DNA of 56,247 bases, filler included, from Sphacelaria rigidula (GCA_964200075.2; 4 parts of 4 records of this genome joined end to end with filler, not necessarily neighbours in it); one strand, 5' to 3'; shown: positions 12,788 through 25,330, numbered from the whole stretch's first letter. Numbers and translations: made by a program. The notes: a model not told the origin generated them from the sequence alone.

Positions 12788-12982
12788 CTTTGCGTGGATC
12801 GCAACGCGAAACGTTTCGGCATCCGCGTCGACGGTCCAATAGATGTCGAGATTGTCGTCAATGGATGAGTTCCGCGCGTACGGAGTGAAGTCGACCGTGA
12901 GGGCCGCGTGAGTGACTCCCGACAATGCCGCAAGTATTGGTATGCCCGTGCTGGCGTAGCGAAGCAGGCGCGCTGTTGCCAT
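12788..12982 (-). CDS. First exon of a secreted DOMON-domain protein (DBH-like copper monooxygenase or cytochrome b561-DOMON type)
   Basis: ATG 12982; signal peptide MATARLLRYASTGIPILAALSGVTHA; then DFTPYARNSSIDDNLDIYWTVDADAETFRVAIHAK|gtgggt (195 nt, phase 0), a typical DOMON N-terminus. Next exon not seen in this piece. Confidence 0.7.
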
Positions 12983-13309
12983 GGTACTTGCTCTGCCCGT
13001 GCGTGATCACTAGTGCTACAGCACGAACACGACCTGAAACGAAAATGTCATGGAAGGGGGGGAATAAGTGTGGAGGGGGATCGGAGAGTAATGGAAGGCG
13101 TGTAGGTGGAAGAGCGGCGTGTTGAACATATATATATATATATATATATATGCATATCCTTGGCGACTACAGCGCTGTCAAGAGGCATAGTGGTGGCTTG
13201 ATTCCCCGCCAAAGATATTAGCGCTAGCGCTACTTAGACCAAGAATGAACACAACCGCAGAGTTCAAGTCTGACTCGTGAGCTGATTACGAAGGGCTCGT
13301 GAGGGCCGT

Positions 13310-13432
13310 TGTTATACAGGGCGTGTTTTTCTTGAGCTGTTCATCCATTTTCATTCATTTTCACACGTTTCCATAAATGGATGAAAATGAATGGATGAAC
13401 ATATAGATAGAAAATCGAGCCCGTTGATAACA
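13310..13432. repeat. Small imperfect palindrome (MITE-like) upstream of the DOMON gene
   Basis: TGTTCATCCATTTTCATTCATTTT is imperfectly inverted against AAATGGATGAAAATGAATGGATGAACA; outer TGTTAT..ATAACA. Confidence 0.5.
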
Positions 13433-13991
13433 TTCCTAGACTCCAGTCCTACTCGTCGTGATGTTCCAAAGTGACTGACTGGTGGAATTCAAATCATAAT
13501 GGTCCTCATTTCGAACGGTGGGAGTCCGTTATAATAGAACGAGTCGTCGTCAGGCGCGAGTCACGCTGGTCCTCTTTTCCCGAGTCGGATGACTCGCGGC
13601 ACTGAAGTCAACATGAGCCACAACTCGTCAGACCTGCCGAAAAGTCGTCACGTCATCGAATCAGACATACAGGCCAATTCAAGGAATAAGCGCAAGAAGA
13701 TATTGAAACTCACTCATGTGTGTTACGCCGGGTTCGGCAGCATCAGAAAAGGTCCCGTGACAATAATATTCAGATAGGAGGCGTGACAGCCAAGGGAGTG
13801 CTACGCCTAGTACAGAAAGTGCCATGCACCTGGTGGTTTAAGTGTGGGACCCGTGCACGCGGATACCGCCGATCCACCAGTGAGTGGGTATCTTTACGGT
13901 GCACAGACGTCAAGATATTTCATCGGCCTACTATGGCTACCATAAACAGCCAATCATCTATGTTGAGGATGGTGCTTTTGATTGAGGATGA

Positions 13992-14091
13992 NNNNNNNNN
14001 NNNNNNNNNNNNNNNNNNNNNNNNNNNNNNNNNNNTTAATTAATTAANNNNNNNNNNNNNNNNNNNNNNNNNNNNNNNNNNNNNNNNNNNN
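13992..14091. other. Artificial contig linker
   Basis: 44 N + TTAATTAATTAA (stops in all 6 frames) + 44 N. Confidence 0.98.
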
Positions 14092-14330
14092 ACTCGTTTG
14101 ATGCATTAGACAGTAGGGAGAAAACGATGGCTATACTAGGAGATAGATGGTGGTCACAGACGATGAAACAGGACGGGGATAATATGTGTAAACGCTTTTT
14201 GTGTTCTGTATGGAACAAACGTGATGAGGGCCGGAATGTTGGAGGTGTCTCTATTAGGAGTAGGAACGGTGCTCCGCCTCCAAAGGGATGTATGGTCAAT
14301 GGTCAAACAACCAAGGCAATCAACGAATGG
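14092..14330 (+). mobile_element. 3' end of a non-LTR retrotransposon (LINE) ORF
   Basis: FDALDSREKTMAILGDRWWSQTMKQDGDNMCKRFLCSVWNKR..GGVSIRSRNGAP resembles the C-terminus of brown-algal LINE RT ORFs as I recall them; not searched. Confidence 0.55.
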
Positions 14331-15039
14331 GAACCCCCGCCCTTAAACTCAGGAAAGATGACGGTTTGGGTCAGCTCTGTAAGCTCAAAGAGTTGGTAAA
14401 AAACACTGATAAAAAATGAACGCGGTAGAGGGGCATTAGGGCGACAAAAACATTATTCGGCTTCATCGCTGCAAGTGAAGGGAAAACACTGTTTACGGAC
14501 TTGAACCTCGTTTCGTCGCACAACCTCATTTTAGAGAGTTGTCTATTCAGATGTACAAGCGTGAAGCTCCATGCAGAGAGTATTGAGTATTGACTTGTCA
14601 CCCATTTCTCCATCTCAACAATTGTCGCAGGACGGATGGTAGGGGGCAGCTATTCATGAGCGGCCACCCCGGTCCTGTCAGTCTCGACGTGGAGCACCAA
14701 CATGTCATCGCGGTCACGCAGCAGGGCACGGTATGTCGAGGGAAACTTTATGATGCCGGAGGCGACGTGATTATGGAGGTATGTATCGTCGGTTATTGAC
14801 GATTCCAGCGTGTGAAACCGTGCCTTTCGAGGTTTCGGTTGACATGAATGGGCCGTAAAGGCTTGAAGGAAATGGATGTTTTCAAGGCAGCGTCATTCAA
14901 AGCGGTAGCAGAAGTATGAGAGAATGTGGGTCCTCTGAGTCACAATATGAGGACGACGAGGAAACAAAGTGGCATATGTCCCACTCTGTTTCAAGGTCTA
15001 CACGGCGGTATTTCTCGCTCGATTGAGGGCGTTTTGTTC

Positions 15040-15289
15040 GACACTTTCTACGATAGCTTCCCCTCAAAAACAACTCAAAAGTGTCACAAAAAAACTAGCC
15101 ATACAGCGCGTGATGTTTGGGTTCAGGCGGTATGACGCGCCTCATATTGGCGACATTGGCTAGAACGAACCCAAACGTGGGAATTCCCAACTCCTCGTGT
15201 GCTCGGCTTTTCCCATTTCGGTTTACGTAAAGATTTTTCCTCCCAAAACCATGCACTTTTGGGGGGGGGGGGCTATCGTAGAAAGTGTC
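15040..15289. mobile_element. 250-bp non-autonomous TIR element, 4-bp TSD (Sola-like)
   Basis: TIR GACACTTTCTACGATAGC..GCTATCGTAGAAAGTGTC; TSD GTTC at 15036-15039 and 15290-15293. Confidence 0.85.
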
Positions 15290-15314
15290 GTTCTCAGTCT
15301 TGATCTCATGAACA

Positions 15315-15753
15315 AACAACCGATCATCGAATTCGAGGATGGAGCTCACCAATGAGGATGAAAACTCGGAGGATTGAAATATTCGAATCCATACCAAATC
15401 TTCGAAATATGGCTCCTTCACCTGCTGGTAGCTATTGATAGCTACTACACTCCACACGAATTGGAAATTCGACCACCGAAATGCTGGGGTCCTAGGTGAA
15501 AAACCAATCTTGGGGGACTTCGGCGATCCGATCGGATCACGTAGATCCTCCATTTTGTTTTTTTCGCCTAGGACCCAAAAATGTCGGTTATCGGAATCCA
15601 AATTTGAATGGCATGTAGTAGTCGTCAGTAGCTACCAGTAGGTGAAGGCCTAGAACCATATTTTGAAGAGTTGATGTGGATAGGAATGTTCGAATTCTCC
15701 GGGTTCTCATCCTCAATTATAAGCTCCATTCTCAATTTCGATGATCTGATGTT
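15315..15753. mobile_element. ~440-bp fold-back MITE
   Basis: Whole-length imperfect palindrome centred on GATCCGATCGGATC (~15525-15538); TSD AACA on both sides. Confidence 0.8.
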
Positions 15754-15945
15754 AACAGTCGAGCCAGAGGCCGACTCTTCGCCCTCAAGCCCCGCTCAAA
15801 GAAGACGTATCTTAACTCAGGCGTCAAATTCTTCTGTTGAGAGCACCGCTTCGGTAGGGGTGCACTTTTTGCCAAAATCGTGTCTGGTTCAGGGGCTCCC
15901 AATGATTTTAGATGCACAAGAATATGGGTCAGGGCATCCCTCATT

Positions 15946-16365
15946 TACAGCCAATCATCGAAATTGAGGATGGAGCTTCACATTGAGGATGAGAACCCAG
16001 AGGATAAAAACGTTTGTATCCGCACGAAATCTTCGAGGTGTGGTTCCGTTCCCTCACCCACCGGTGGTTGTTGACAACTGCTACTCATCGCACAAATATG
16101 GACTTCGATGAACGAAATGTCGGGGTCCTAGATGAAGAAACGCCTTCGGGAAAATTACTTGATCCGATCGCATCGCCTGAATTCCCCAAAAATTGTTTTC
16201 CACCTAGGACCCCAATACTTCGGTTATCGAAATCCAAATTTGTTTTACGTGAAGTACTTGTTAGTAGCTACTAGTAGGTGAAAGAAGGTAACCATGTGTT
16301 GAAGAGTTGGTGCGGGCACGAAGATTTTCATCCTCCGGGTTCTCATCCTCTCGATGATCGACTCT
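15946..16365. mobile_element. Second copy of the fold-back MITE
   Basis: Alignable to 15315-15753 (CAGCCAATCATCGAAATTGAGGATGG..GGGTCCTAG..CTAGGACCC..GGTTCTCATCCTC). Further termini of this family lie at contig ends 13945-13991 and 28181-28232. Confidence 0.8.
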
Positions 16366-16900
16366 TGTTTGAAATTTATCGGGGAATATTCATTGCATAT
16401 TGGAATAGTAATCCTGGCGTACTCTTACAGATTTCATGAGTCGTGTTTCGAACGAGATAAAGGACTCCCAACAACTTTAACGTCAGAATATTTGTGCACC
16501 TCTACCGTAGCATCACTCTTGAGTCTTCAGAACACGACCTTCACCTTTTGGCTGCGTCTTGAAACGGGACGGCTGCAGGACGGCTGAAAGGGAAAATTTC
16601 AACTTCTCCGGAAGGGAGGTGATGGTCGTTACTCCTCTCATGAACGCCCCTAGTTCCTTCCGGTGTCACGGCCGCATCCCTGTGCTGTCAGAATATATAC
16701 CCTGCACCCGTCCCTCCTACGCACATATGCACTTGACTGATACCGTGCGGATTTAATCCCCAAGCTTTCGCCGAAGACATGTCGCCGTTTTACTACTACT
16801 GCTGTTCTCGTTGCGTCGCCCGTTTACTGTGCATCACAGGAAGTACAATCATGCTTACCCTCAATCGTATTCATGGCTGTTTTGGCCACACCAGCACTAC

Positions 16901-17117
16901 TGTAATGCGTGAGAGGACCGCGTGCTTAGAGGACCGCGCCGTAGTTCAAAATACCTCAGGATCAAAGTTTTTCGAAACCAATCGAGTTACTTCCTGCAGG
17001 TACCACGCCCCTGACCCTAACTCCAACACTAACCTTAACCCTAACCCTAACCCTAACCATACTGGTGTTCAAATTCCGGTGCGGCCCTCTAAGCACGCGG
17101 TCCTCTCACGCATTACA
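16901..17117. mobile_element. 217-bp TGT..ACA TIR element with internal (CCCTAA)n-like repeats
   Basis: 32-bp perfect TIR TGTAATGCGTGAGAGGACCGCGTGCTTAGAGG; 5-bp TSD ACTAC; degenerate CCCTAA array at ~17009-17058. Confidence 0.85.
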
Positions 17118-20072
17118 ACTACTCCAGGCCAATGAGGTCCAAACCAGGGTTTAGAACTGGTTAGGATCCGTGCTACCGTAAAACATGTTGGCGTTCGTGT
17201 CATGAATAAGGACCGCAGTTGGAAATGAACAAACGGAACTTCAATAACGTCGGAGTGCCGATCGAGTACTAAGTTAGCGACTGTTTGTTCAAGTTCGATT
17301 TTTTTGCATCTCGCTGGTCTTGACCCGATCTCTAAGTGTTCCATACTCCTAAACCATTACTTCTCTTCCTGTTTGGTTTGCGTAGACCTCCCTCAGAGTG
17401 GTTTCTATCATGAGTACTCTGCCTCGTGTTTCTGTATTGTTTATTCATCTGGGCACTCTATTCAGCTTGTGCGGTATTAGCATATCATGACCACGTACTG
17501 AGCGCACTTTTCTACCGAGAGCCACACTCAAAATGCGATAAAAACAGACATATGAGGCTGAGGAACCGAATAAACATCCTCTGAGTGCTCACCACACCCA
17601 GCTTCACCCACCCGTCGGATACAACACCGACGGAAGTTGCTAATTACTTGAGGTATGTGTGCTCGCGAAATTCTTCACGTCTTGTCGGTTCAAAAGAGCT
17701 GACGCGGTCGGACCACAAGCGGCCGCGATACTCACACACCCCTCGCGGCTCTCCACCGTCACTCTGCTATCGAAGTTCTGTTTGATCGTTGTGCTTAATT
17801 TGGGGCTCTGATATATGCCCGGTGCTCTGTTCTCTGCGCATAAGAAACGCAGGAGGCAAACTATCTGGCGACCAACAATGAGAGAGAATGGCGACGGGTA
17901 GGAGGAAGGAGTGATACATGTTTTTGTGTATATATGACCTCGTACATGATACATGTGGCTTCATCTGAGTTCAGGGCAAAAGGGCATGCCAAAGGTGACA
18001 CAAGAATATGGTATCACCCTGCCCGCCTCCCTTGGATTAATCGGGTCGATAAACTAGTGCATTTTTTGTTCATGTGCAACAGCCCTCAACTCGACTTGAC
18101 AGAACGGGACAGGAATGAGAAACCGTCGACATAAACAACGCACCCGATGGATTTTCATCAAGGAATGGCGATATTGACAAACGCTGCTGAACGTTGGCGC
18201 ACGATTACGCGTCACATTTCGTGTCAAAACAAGGTGCTCCCCTTCTGTACGATCGGAACGCCAATAGTCGTAGGGCTGTAACAGAAAACTTCGTTAACCG
18301 GACCTTCAATGATCGGAATAAACATACCACTCAACCATCGACCACCGAACTGTCTCCATGAAGTAGACAGCAAGGAGTCTATGTGATGAGATACGTATAG
18401 CGCGTACGCGCTCCATGCGGCGTTGTGACTTGCGCCGGTAAATAGAAAAGACTCATTATCGTTTTGCCATTTTTCCATGTTCTCTATTACCCGCACTCAA
18501 ACTAAGGCCATCACCGGTCTTGCCGGTACGGCCTGGGGAGGGTACTCTTGGCGGGTGCAAGGCCAGCGCACCCTCAAGAAATGATTTCTTTTTGCTTCTA
18601 CCCCTGGCTAAGGTCGTGGTTTGGTAGTAGAGTTGGACCAGTACAGTATCAATCAGGCACACATACCCCTATGTCAAAACATTATAAAGTGTCAACGCCG
18701 TGAGTGCGGGCGTGTCCTGTGTCAATGCAGTGAAATATCCCAACAGCCTAAGTGCGGGCGTGTTGGATTTTGATGTGTGCACGGAGGCAGATGGTATCGC
18801 TGCCGCCAAAGCTGGCACGCACACCTTTGAAACACAGAAGAAGCGTGTACTCTTTCGTGGTCAGTGATCGATGGGTCAGTCCAGTGGAAACGACTGTGCT
18901 GGCCGATCGGGGGACACGGCTAGCAGCCGATCCGGATAGTATGAAAGTGTAGTATTTTATAGCCAGGCGAGGAAAAGAGAAGGAAGTGACCGAATGTTGT
19001 CATACTGTCAAGATGTTGTCAACCGTGCACTTGAATGCATGCTACAGGCTGTGCAGATGGATCAATCCAGCAGCACAGGATTAATGGGTCGTGTCCGAAA
19101 GAACTCATACCTCAGATAACTTCACACCATAGCAGGTTGATATCCACTTGATCTTGAAGATTCTTGTTCACTCGTATTCCTTGGCGCTTTGTTCAATGCT
19201 CTTTTACGTCGCTCACCGACCAATACCTGGCTTTGCATTTGGCTCCACCTCGTAATTGTCTCCAGAACTACGTGCTAGCTACCCATTTATCAAATTCACA
19301 CTCGGTCTGATCAAGCCCGATCAGACCTGTAATCACACGGCCATGGCCGCCTCCTAGCCTCATGACACCAGCCCGCCCAGACGAACCTCTATTACAGTTA
19401 CGATGAGGAGTCTTAAATAGCAACGAAAATCGAGATTTTTCTCCACGTGAAGTCATGAACGGCAAGGAAGGCGAACTCAAATGCTGTAAAAGCACTCAAC
19501 CGAAATGGCTGAGAGAAAAGTACACCCCAGACCAGGAGGACAGTGTCCACTCCGTTGCCCGATCCTCCCACACCTCAAACAAGGGAAGCAGAATCTGCTA
19601 CAAAAAGCGCAAGCTACGGGCCAGCGAATTCAAACAGAAGAACACAAAATGCGTCGACTTGCGAGCCAAAGTAAAGAGGCAAGAGCAAAGGCATACCAGG
19701 GGCACAACGTCTATGTGGGTGATACCAGACTCAGCCGCCAAAAGGTATCACATGCGACGAGCGCGCATGGTGGATAAGAAAAGCGAAGGAGTCAACACCT
19801 CAAAGACTGCAGGGGGTTCAGCGCCAGTCATACAAATCAAGAGCGAGAATACGAAAAGCTCCAGTAGCCGAGGATGAAGGTGCTCCAGGCAAGTTCCGCT
19901 CGTGATCCGTTGCTATACCCCGAAGAAGCTCCGGTTGTAGTCTGTTGAAGAAGTCGGTGTGGTGGCACTGGTTTATCCTGAATGATGGAAGAAGGGGGGA
20001 AATTCCTAAACAATAGAGCAAGGAGAAAAGAGGTAAATGTCGTGGATCAACAGGCAGGAGGTCGGTGAAAGC

Positions 20073-23000
20073 TCAAAGCGGTGCGCTGACATCATATGTG
20101 CGATCAATATTGTGTTCAATTCCGTGGCGGAGGCCTCTGGACTTGAGTCACTGGAGATACCAAGATCCTCGAGGTGCGGATGGACCGGCGGTAGATAGCT
20201 CTGGGCGGAGCTTGAGCTGCACGGGTCCAGGGTCATCGATGAAGCGCACGATGGATGTGTCAGTCGCGTTCAGGTTGGCGGAGTGGGTTTGGCCCGGCCA
20301 CCAGAGGTTGTCGCTGTATTTCTACCACAGATAGGCGCCTTTGGGGAGGACTCCCGTTTTTGCGCGGATCTTTGCTTCCCAATGCTTGGTGGGTATCAAT
20401 TCAAAACCATCGGTGACAAAGCGCAAACCTTTGTCATGACCAAGTTCGCGGACTGCTGCGCCGCGGCGCATGTTGCGATATTTCTTGTTGCTAGCAAGGT
20501 GTTGCTGCTGGGGTTGCGTCCAGTACAGGAGAATAGCTCGGCGGTCCAGCTGAAGGTCGGATTCACGTTCTCAGGACGCTCTCCGAAGGCCTTGCCAGTG
20601 AGTTTTGTACATGACGGTAATTTTACCTCCTCGACCGCGAGTGATCTGGTGACCAGAGATATGGGACACGGCTAGGCGAAGGGGCTGTTCCGTTACGTCG
20701 TCAGTAATAACGTGATAAAACTGTGACTTAGTTGAATAGCTGTTAGGCACATATTGTGTAAGACCGGCATGCAGGTATTTGGGCATGTCGCTAATGTCAT
20801 GCGGATTCGTGGAAGGTTTTCATAGGTGCACAGAGACGCCAGATTTGGCGTAATGTCCCCAAAGATCGCAAGGGAGATCGAGATAAAGGCGTTTGTCGCT
20901 AATAGGTTTGCCATCAGGTAACGATGGCGAAGGCCCTACAGTCAGAATCGTGAATGGTCCTGTGCAGTTGAGGGACAATTTAGTCGTCAACACTGTATTT
21001 TTGGCGGCTCTGTCGGCGCCTTGGCGGATGGTCGATGAGCTGTTGTAAACCCAGACCCAATCACCAACCTCCCAAATAGGGCGTTTGTGCATCAAATTGT
21101 AGAGAGCATTATTGGATATTTCAAGGCGCGAAGCGCTCATTGCGTGTTGCTCACGCACGAGGGTGAAAGCTTTCCACTTACGTGCACGCGCTAGGTCATG
21201 GCACGACATCTGACCCTGATCCGAGCCTTGGTGACCATCAAAGGTGTGTCTCTCAAAGACGGTGATGGGCAAAAGGGAGTAGGGGCCGAGATGTAACTCG
21301 TTCGGAGAGAGACCGATGGCGGCGTTGACAGAGTTGTTATAAGACAGCATGGCATGTGAGAGATGGAGATCCCAATCGTTTTGACGACCATTGACTACCA
21401 TACACAACATGTAGGTCATGATATGCTTAACTCTTTCAATGTCATCGTTACAATTGGGGTGCTAGGCGCTCGTGGCTACGTTGCGAATGCCCCGGGGTGT
21501 ACACAGTTCATCCGAGAGATCGGAGAAAATTACTGACTAGCGTCGGGGAGGAGCCGTTTCGGGCAATCATTTTGCTCGATATAGTCGCGAACTAGGATGT
21601 TAGCTGTGCCCGCCACTGTGAAGCCTCCAGCTGTGACTGTGTACATGGACGCATGACGGCTGAAGCGGTCGGTAAAGAGTAAGATGTGTAGGTGTTGCCA
21701 CGATCAGTGGTCGAGAAAGGACCAAAATAGCCAAAAGGCACGAGGTGACCAGGAGCGTTGGGAAGTGCCATTGAAATGACTGGCCAACGTATTGTCTGCC
21801 GTGAGGTTTCGCGAGCTTAACTCTTGTAGTATCGCCGAATCCAAAAGCGGGTGGACACTTCCATACTATCCGATCAAACAGTAGAAACGTTCGAGTAACG
21901 CTGATATGCGCGTGGCACCAAGGCGGCAAGACAGGTCAGTGTGGCAGCTTCGCATTACCCACGGTCGCATCAAAAATGGGACATCAATGCGGGTGGGTTT
22001 ATCATCGAGTAGGCGTGCATGACATCCAGCGGTCGCGATTGAATTTACACCCGGCTCGGGTGTAGGGCGGCGGACAAGCAGTTGAATACCGTCATCAGTG
22101 GTGAAGATATTTCCTTCACGTGCGCGTTCGTATACCCCAGGGGTGTTCGGTGGTGGCAGTGCGACCGAGGCCAGAACATTGGCCGGGATAGGGGCAGGGC
22201 AGCCAGCCTGCAAGTATCGCATGGTAGCGCGGCATAATGGTTCTGCTTGTTTTTCACGGGCCCAATCAAGATCGGAGTAGCTGGCGAGGAGCTCGCGCAC
22301 TTGGCCTTCCGCCGGAGAGCCGACCAGGGATGGGGGCTCAGGAAGTGATGAGACAGGCGACGGGGTGGGGGTGCCAACGTCAAATTTACATCGGAATCAC
22401 GGTCGGAGGCGTTCAATTTATCATCAGAAGGGGTGGACACTGACGGTGCCGCGGAGGGCGACATTGTCGGAATAGTGCGCGCCGGAGAACGTGCTCAGCG
22501 CTTGTTGTGGGCATTGAGCGTGGCGGGTGTTGACGAGGCTCGTGGCGCGCTGTGGCGGCGAGCCGGTGCTACGCTGCTCGTGGGAGCAGTAGGTGTTGTC
22601 GGTGGCGGCGGGGCGCGGGGAGGGTTGGCGCGGGTGGCAGACCGAGAGCGCGCATTTTCGGAAATGAGATGGATAACTGGAGGGTGGCGGCACTGAAATA
22701 TTTGCGCCGGGGTCGATAGTGCGGAATTCGACGAAATCGGCGTTTGTGGGCTTTAGCCCACCCAAGACTGCATAATACGGTAGGGGGCAAGGGCCGCCCA
22801 TGTGCGTATCCATCTCTGGGCAATGAAGGTCAAGGGCGTAAATGGGCGTTGAGAAACGCTGTATTGGGTGAACACCTGGCTCATCGGGTTCACTTCGTCG
22901 GCAAGCTGGGCTGGAGTCTACGGCAGTTGGAGGAAGGAGCAGGCGGGAGAGAAGGTCAGCATTCCAAATGGTGTTGCGTGGGCGGTGTTTGACAGTATAC

Positions 23001-25330
23001 TGATAAGCTGTTAGAGTATCTAACCCGCGTTTTCCACGCGGACTCTGTTTGCCAAACATAGTGAGTTGTTCGAGTACTCCGTGATCCGTGTAAATTTGGA
23101 AAGGCACGTGGAGAAAATATTGTCGAAGGCGCGTTATAGCCCAAGTGATGACCCCGTCTTCCAACTCCAGTGGGCTCTAGTTGGCCTCGTTTGGCAGGGT
23201 GGCGCGGCTGATATAGAGGGTGGATCGAACAGAGCCATCAAGTTGAGGTTGATTCAGAACCGCGTCAAACCCATCGGCGCTGGCGTCTGTGTGCATTTGA
23301 AAGAGGTGAGAACCAACTTGCACCGCCTCCCAGTCTGGAAAACAGAGAACCGATTTTACCGTAAGCGTTTCCAACAAATCGCGAACGATAGCTTCGATGT
23401 CTCAAGTGAAGACAAACGCGGCGCCTTTCTTAGGTGAGTCTGTAATGGGACGAATCCGTTTAGGCAGATTAGGGAGGAATCTGCGATAGTAAGACAGTCT
23501 ACCCAACAATGAGCGGAGCTGGGAAAAGTTCGTAGGCATCGGCATTTCCGTCGTTGCCCTGATCTTGTTGGTATCTGGGTATAGGCCCGCCGGTGAAATT
23601 GAATATTCCAGAGAATCCAATTCAGTCGCGCCAAAGTCGGCTTTGGATGGGGACAGTTTCAAATCGTGCGTCCGTAGGCGAATAAAACTCTCGTAAGGTG
23701 CGCGCATGCGCAATAGGGGAGACATCGAAGGTGATAGCGCCGTCCAAGTACATGACGTGTTCGAGGTTCTCTGCATAACGTTGAATGAAGCGAGGGAAGC
23801 AAGCTGGTGCAGTGGCGGCGCCTTGTGGCATACGGAGCCATTCGTAGAGCCCGGAAGATTTAGAGAACGCTGTCAATGGAACCGTGTCAGGGTGGATGGC
23901 ATTCTGGGCACATCCAGAAGCGAAATCGAAGGTACTGAGTATTATACTTTCGCCTCGAGGGTCGAAGACTTCATCTATTCGAGGGATCGGAAGTTTCCCC
24001 ACCATAGTAACGCGATTCAGCCGTTGAAAATTCACGGTGATGCGTAGGTTTGTATCTTTTTGGGGGACCACCACTAGGGATGAGGTCCATGGAGAAGAGG
24101 ATCGTTGAATTAAACCAGCACCTGAGTACGTACCTAAGATGGCGTTAACGCTTTTGGTAAGGCTGGGATTTGTCCGGTACGGTCGAGAAAAATGTGATCT
24201 TAAAGGGCAGCATTTTTCACCGCCCCAGATATGTTTTGGATCGAAAAATCGGTCTTGGTCCTCCGATAAAACATCTGTCAACTCTTTGACTACAGCGGGT
24301 TCCCAACCTGGTCCAAGTAGGTCGACATTGATATCACGCAGATGGGGGGGGAGAGTTGATGCCACGTACGTAGAAACCTCTGCCGAGATTCTGGTGCTAG
24401 GCGTTGGAGCACGTCATCACGAGGGTCGGAAGTTGACCGAGCAGGATCCACAGTATGAACCTGTGATGGAGACGCAGAGTTTAGGTCGAAACAAGGATCA
24501 TCGACGCAATTGATGAAGCAGTCTGTCTGGGGCGCAGGAGTGGGCGCCGAGGGTACCGTTACACATGTCTCCAGTCGAAAGTGCATTTAGGGAGTAGCGG
24601 CAATGCCTAAAATATCACTGGGTTCCAAGTTAGCATGACCCGTGAGGGGTAGGAGTTGTTTTCCTGCTGCGACAAAGTGCTAGGTGTCAGCATGCACACC
24701 GATCCGAGGAAACATTCCGGCAAGGTAATGTCCTGTAAGGGTACGGATGCCATGTCGGCGAACGAGTGCATCTTCTAGCAGGTGAGGATCATCGGAGAGG
24801 GTAGCACCAGCACTACAATCATATCATAGTGGTAAGCAGCTCCGGTAAGCATATTCGTTTTTTTCATAGGCGAAGGCGCCCTGAAGAGTATCGAAGTGTT
24901 CACGGTTGAGTTCTCCACGGGGGGCAGACTGTGGTGACAGTGGCGGTAGCGTGCGGTAGATGCGTTGATCAAACCGCATGTAGCTGTCTCTGCCCAGTAG
25001 CAAGGCGTGACTCATGGTGCTGTCGGGGACGACAAATGCCCAGACGGCAAGACTAGCAGAGCGAGTTGTGTTGTGAAAGAATTGTACACTGAGACGTACT
25101 GATTTGCGTGTGGTCAAAGGCGCGGCGGAGTCACCGAAACCGTCCGATGGACGAGGCTGGGTGGTGATTTCGTAAGCTGCTGAAGCATTGCCGATCCGTT
25201 TCATGTGTTCCCACATTGATTCACGGATAAATGTTTGTAAGCTTCCACTATCTGGCAAAGAAATACATTTGACAGGCGTAGTTGCGAAAGGGTCAGAAAG
25301 GATCGATACGCGAGTAGTAAAAGTTGCAGG
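20073..25330 (-). pseudogene. pol: Gypsy pol remnant: PR-RT-RH-IN-chromo-PWWP-like
   Basis: PR LPDSGS..LLLGRD (~25250-24990). RT LIQRSSSPWTSSLVVVPQK..NFQRLN..WLRMPQG..YLDG (24150-23740). RH MHTDAS..FQIYTDH (23300-23080). IN WDLHLSHAMLSYNNSVNAAIGLSP and GPF motif (21400-20950). Chromo YKTHWQG..*ERESDL (~20680-20550). Confidence 0.92.

Larger units (their letters stand above)
14370..19270 (-). pseudogene. Long decayed multi-exon coding region of unknown identity, interrupted by MITEs
   Basis: Long frames with sparse stops (15035-14370; 16680-16380; 17344-17123; 18496-18224) and splice-like junctions (G|gtaagc ~16858, cacag|GG ~16680, GAG|gtatga ~19110). Confidence 0.3.

Noticed and set aside
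19328-19396. TGTAAT..ATTACA as the Gypsy 3' LTR
   Set aside because: Only 69 bp, no TSD, and no match to the sequence at the 28080 end.
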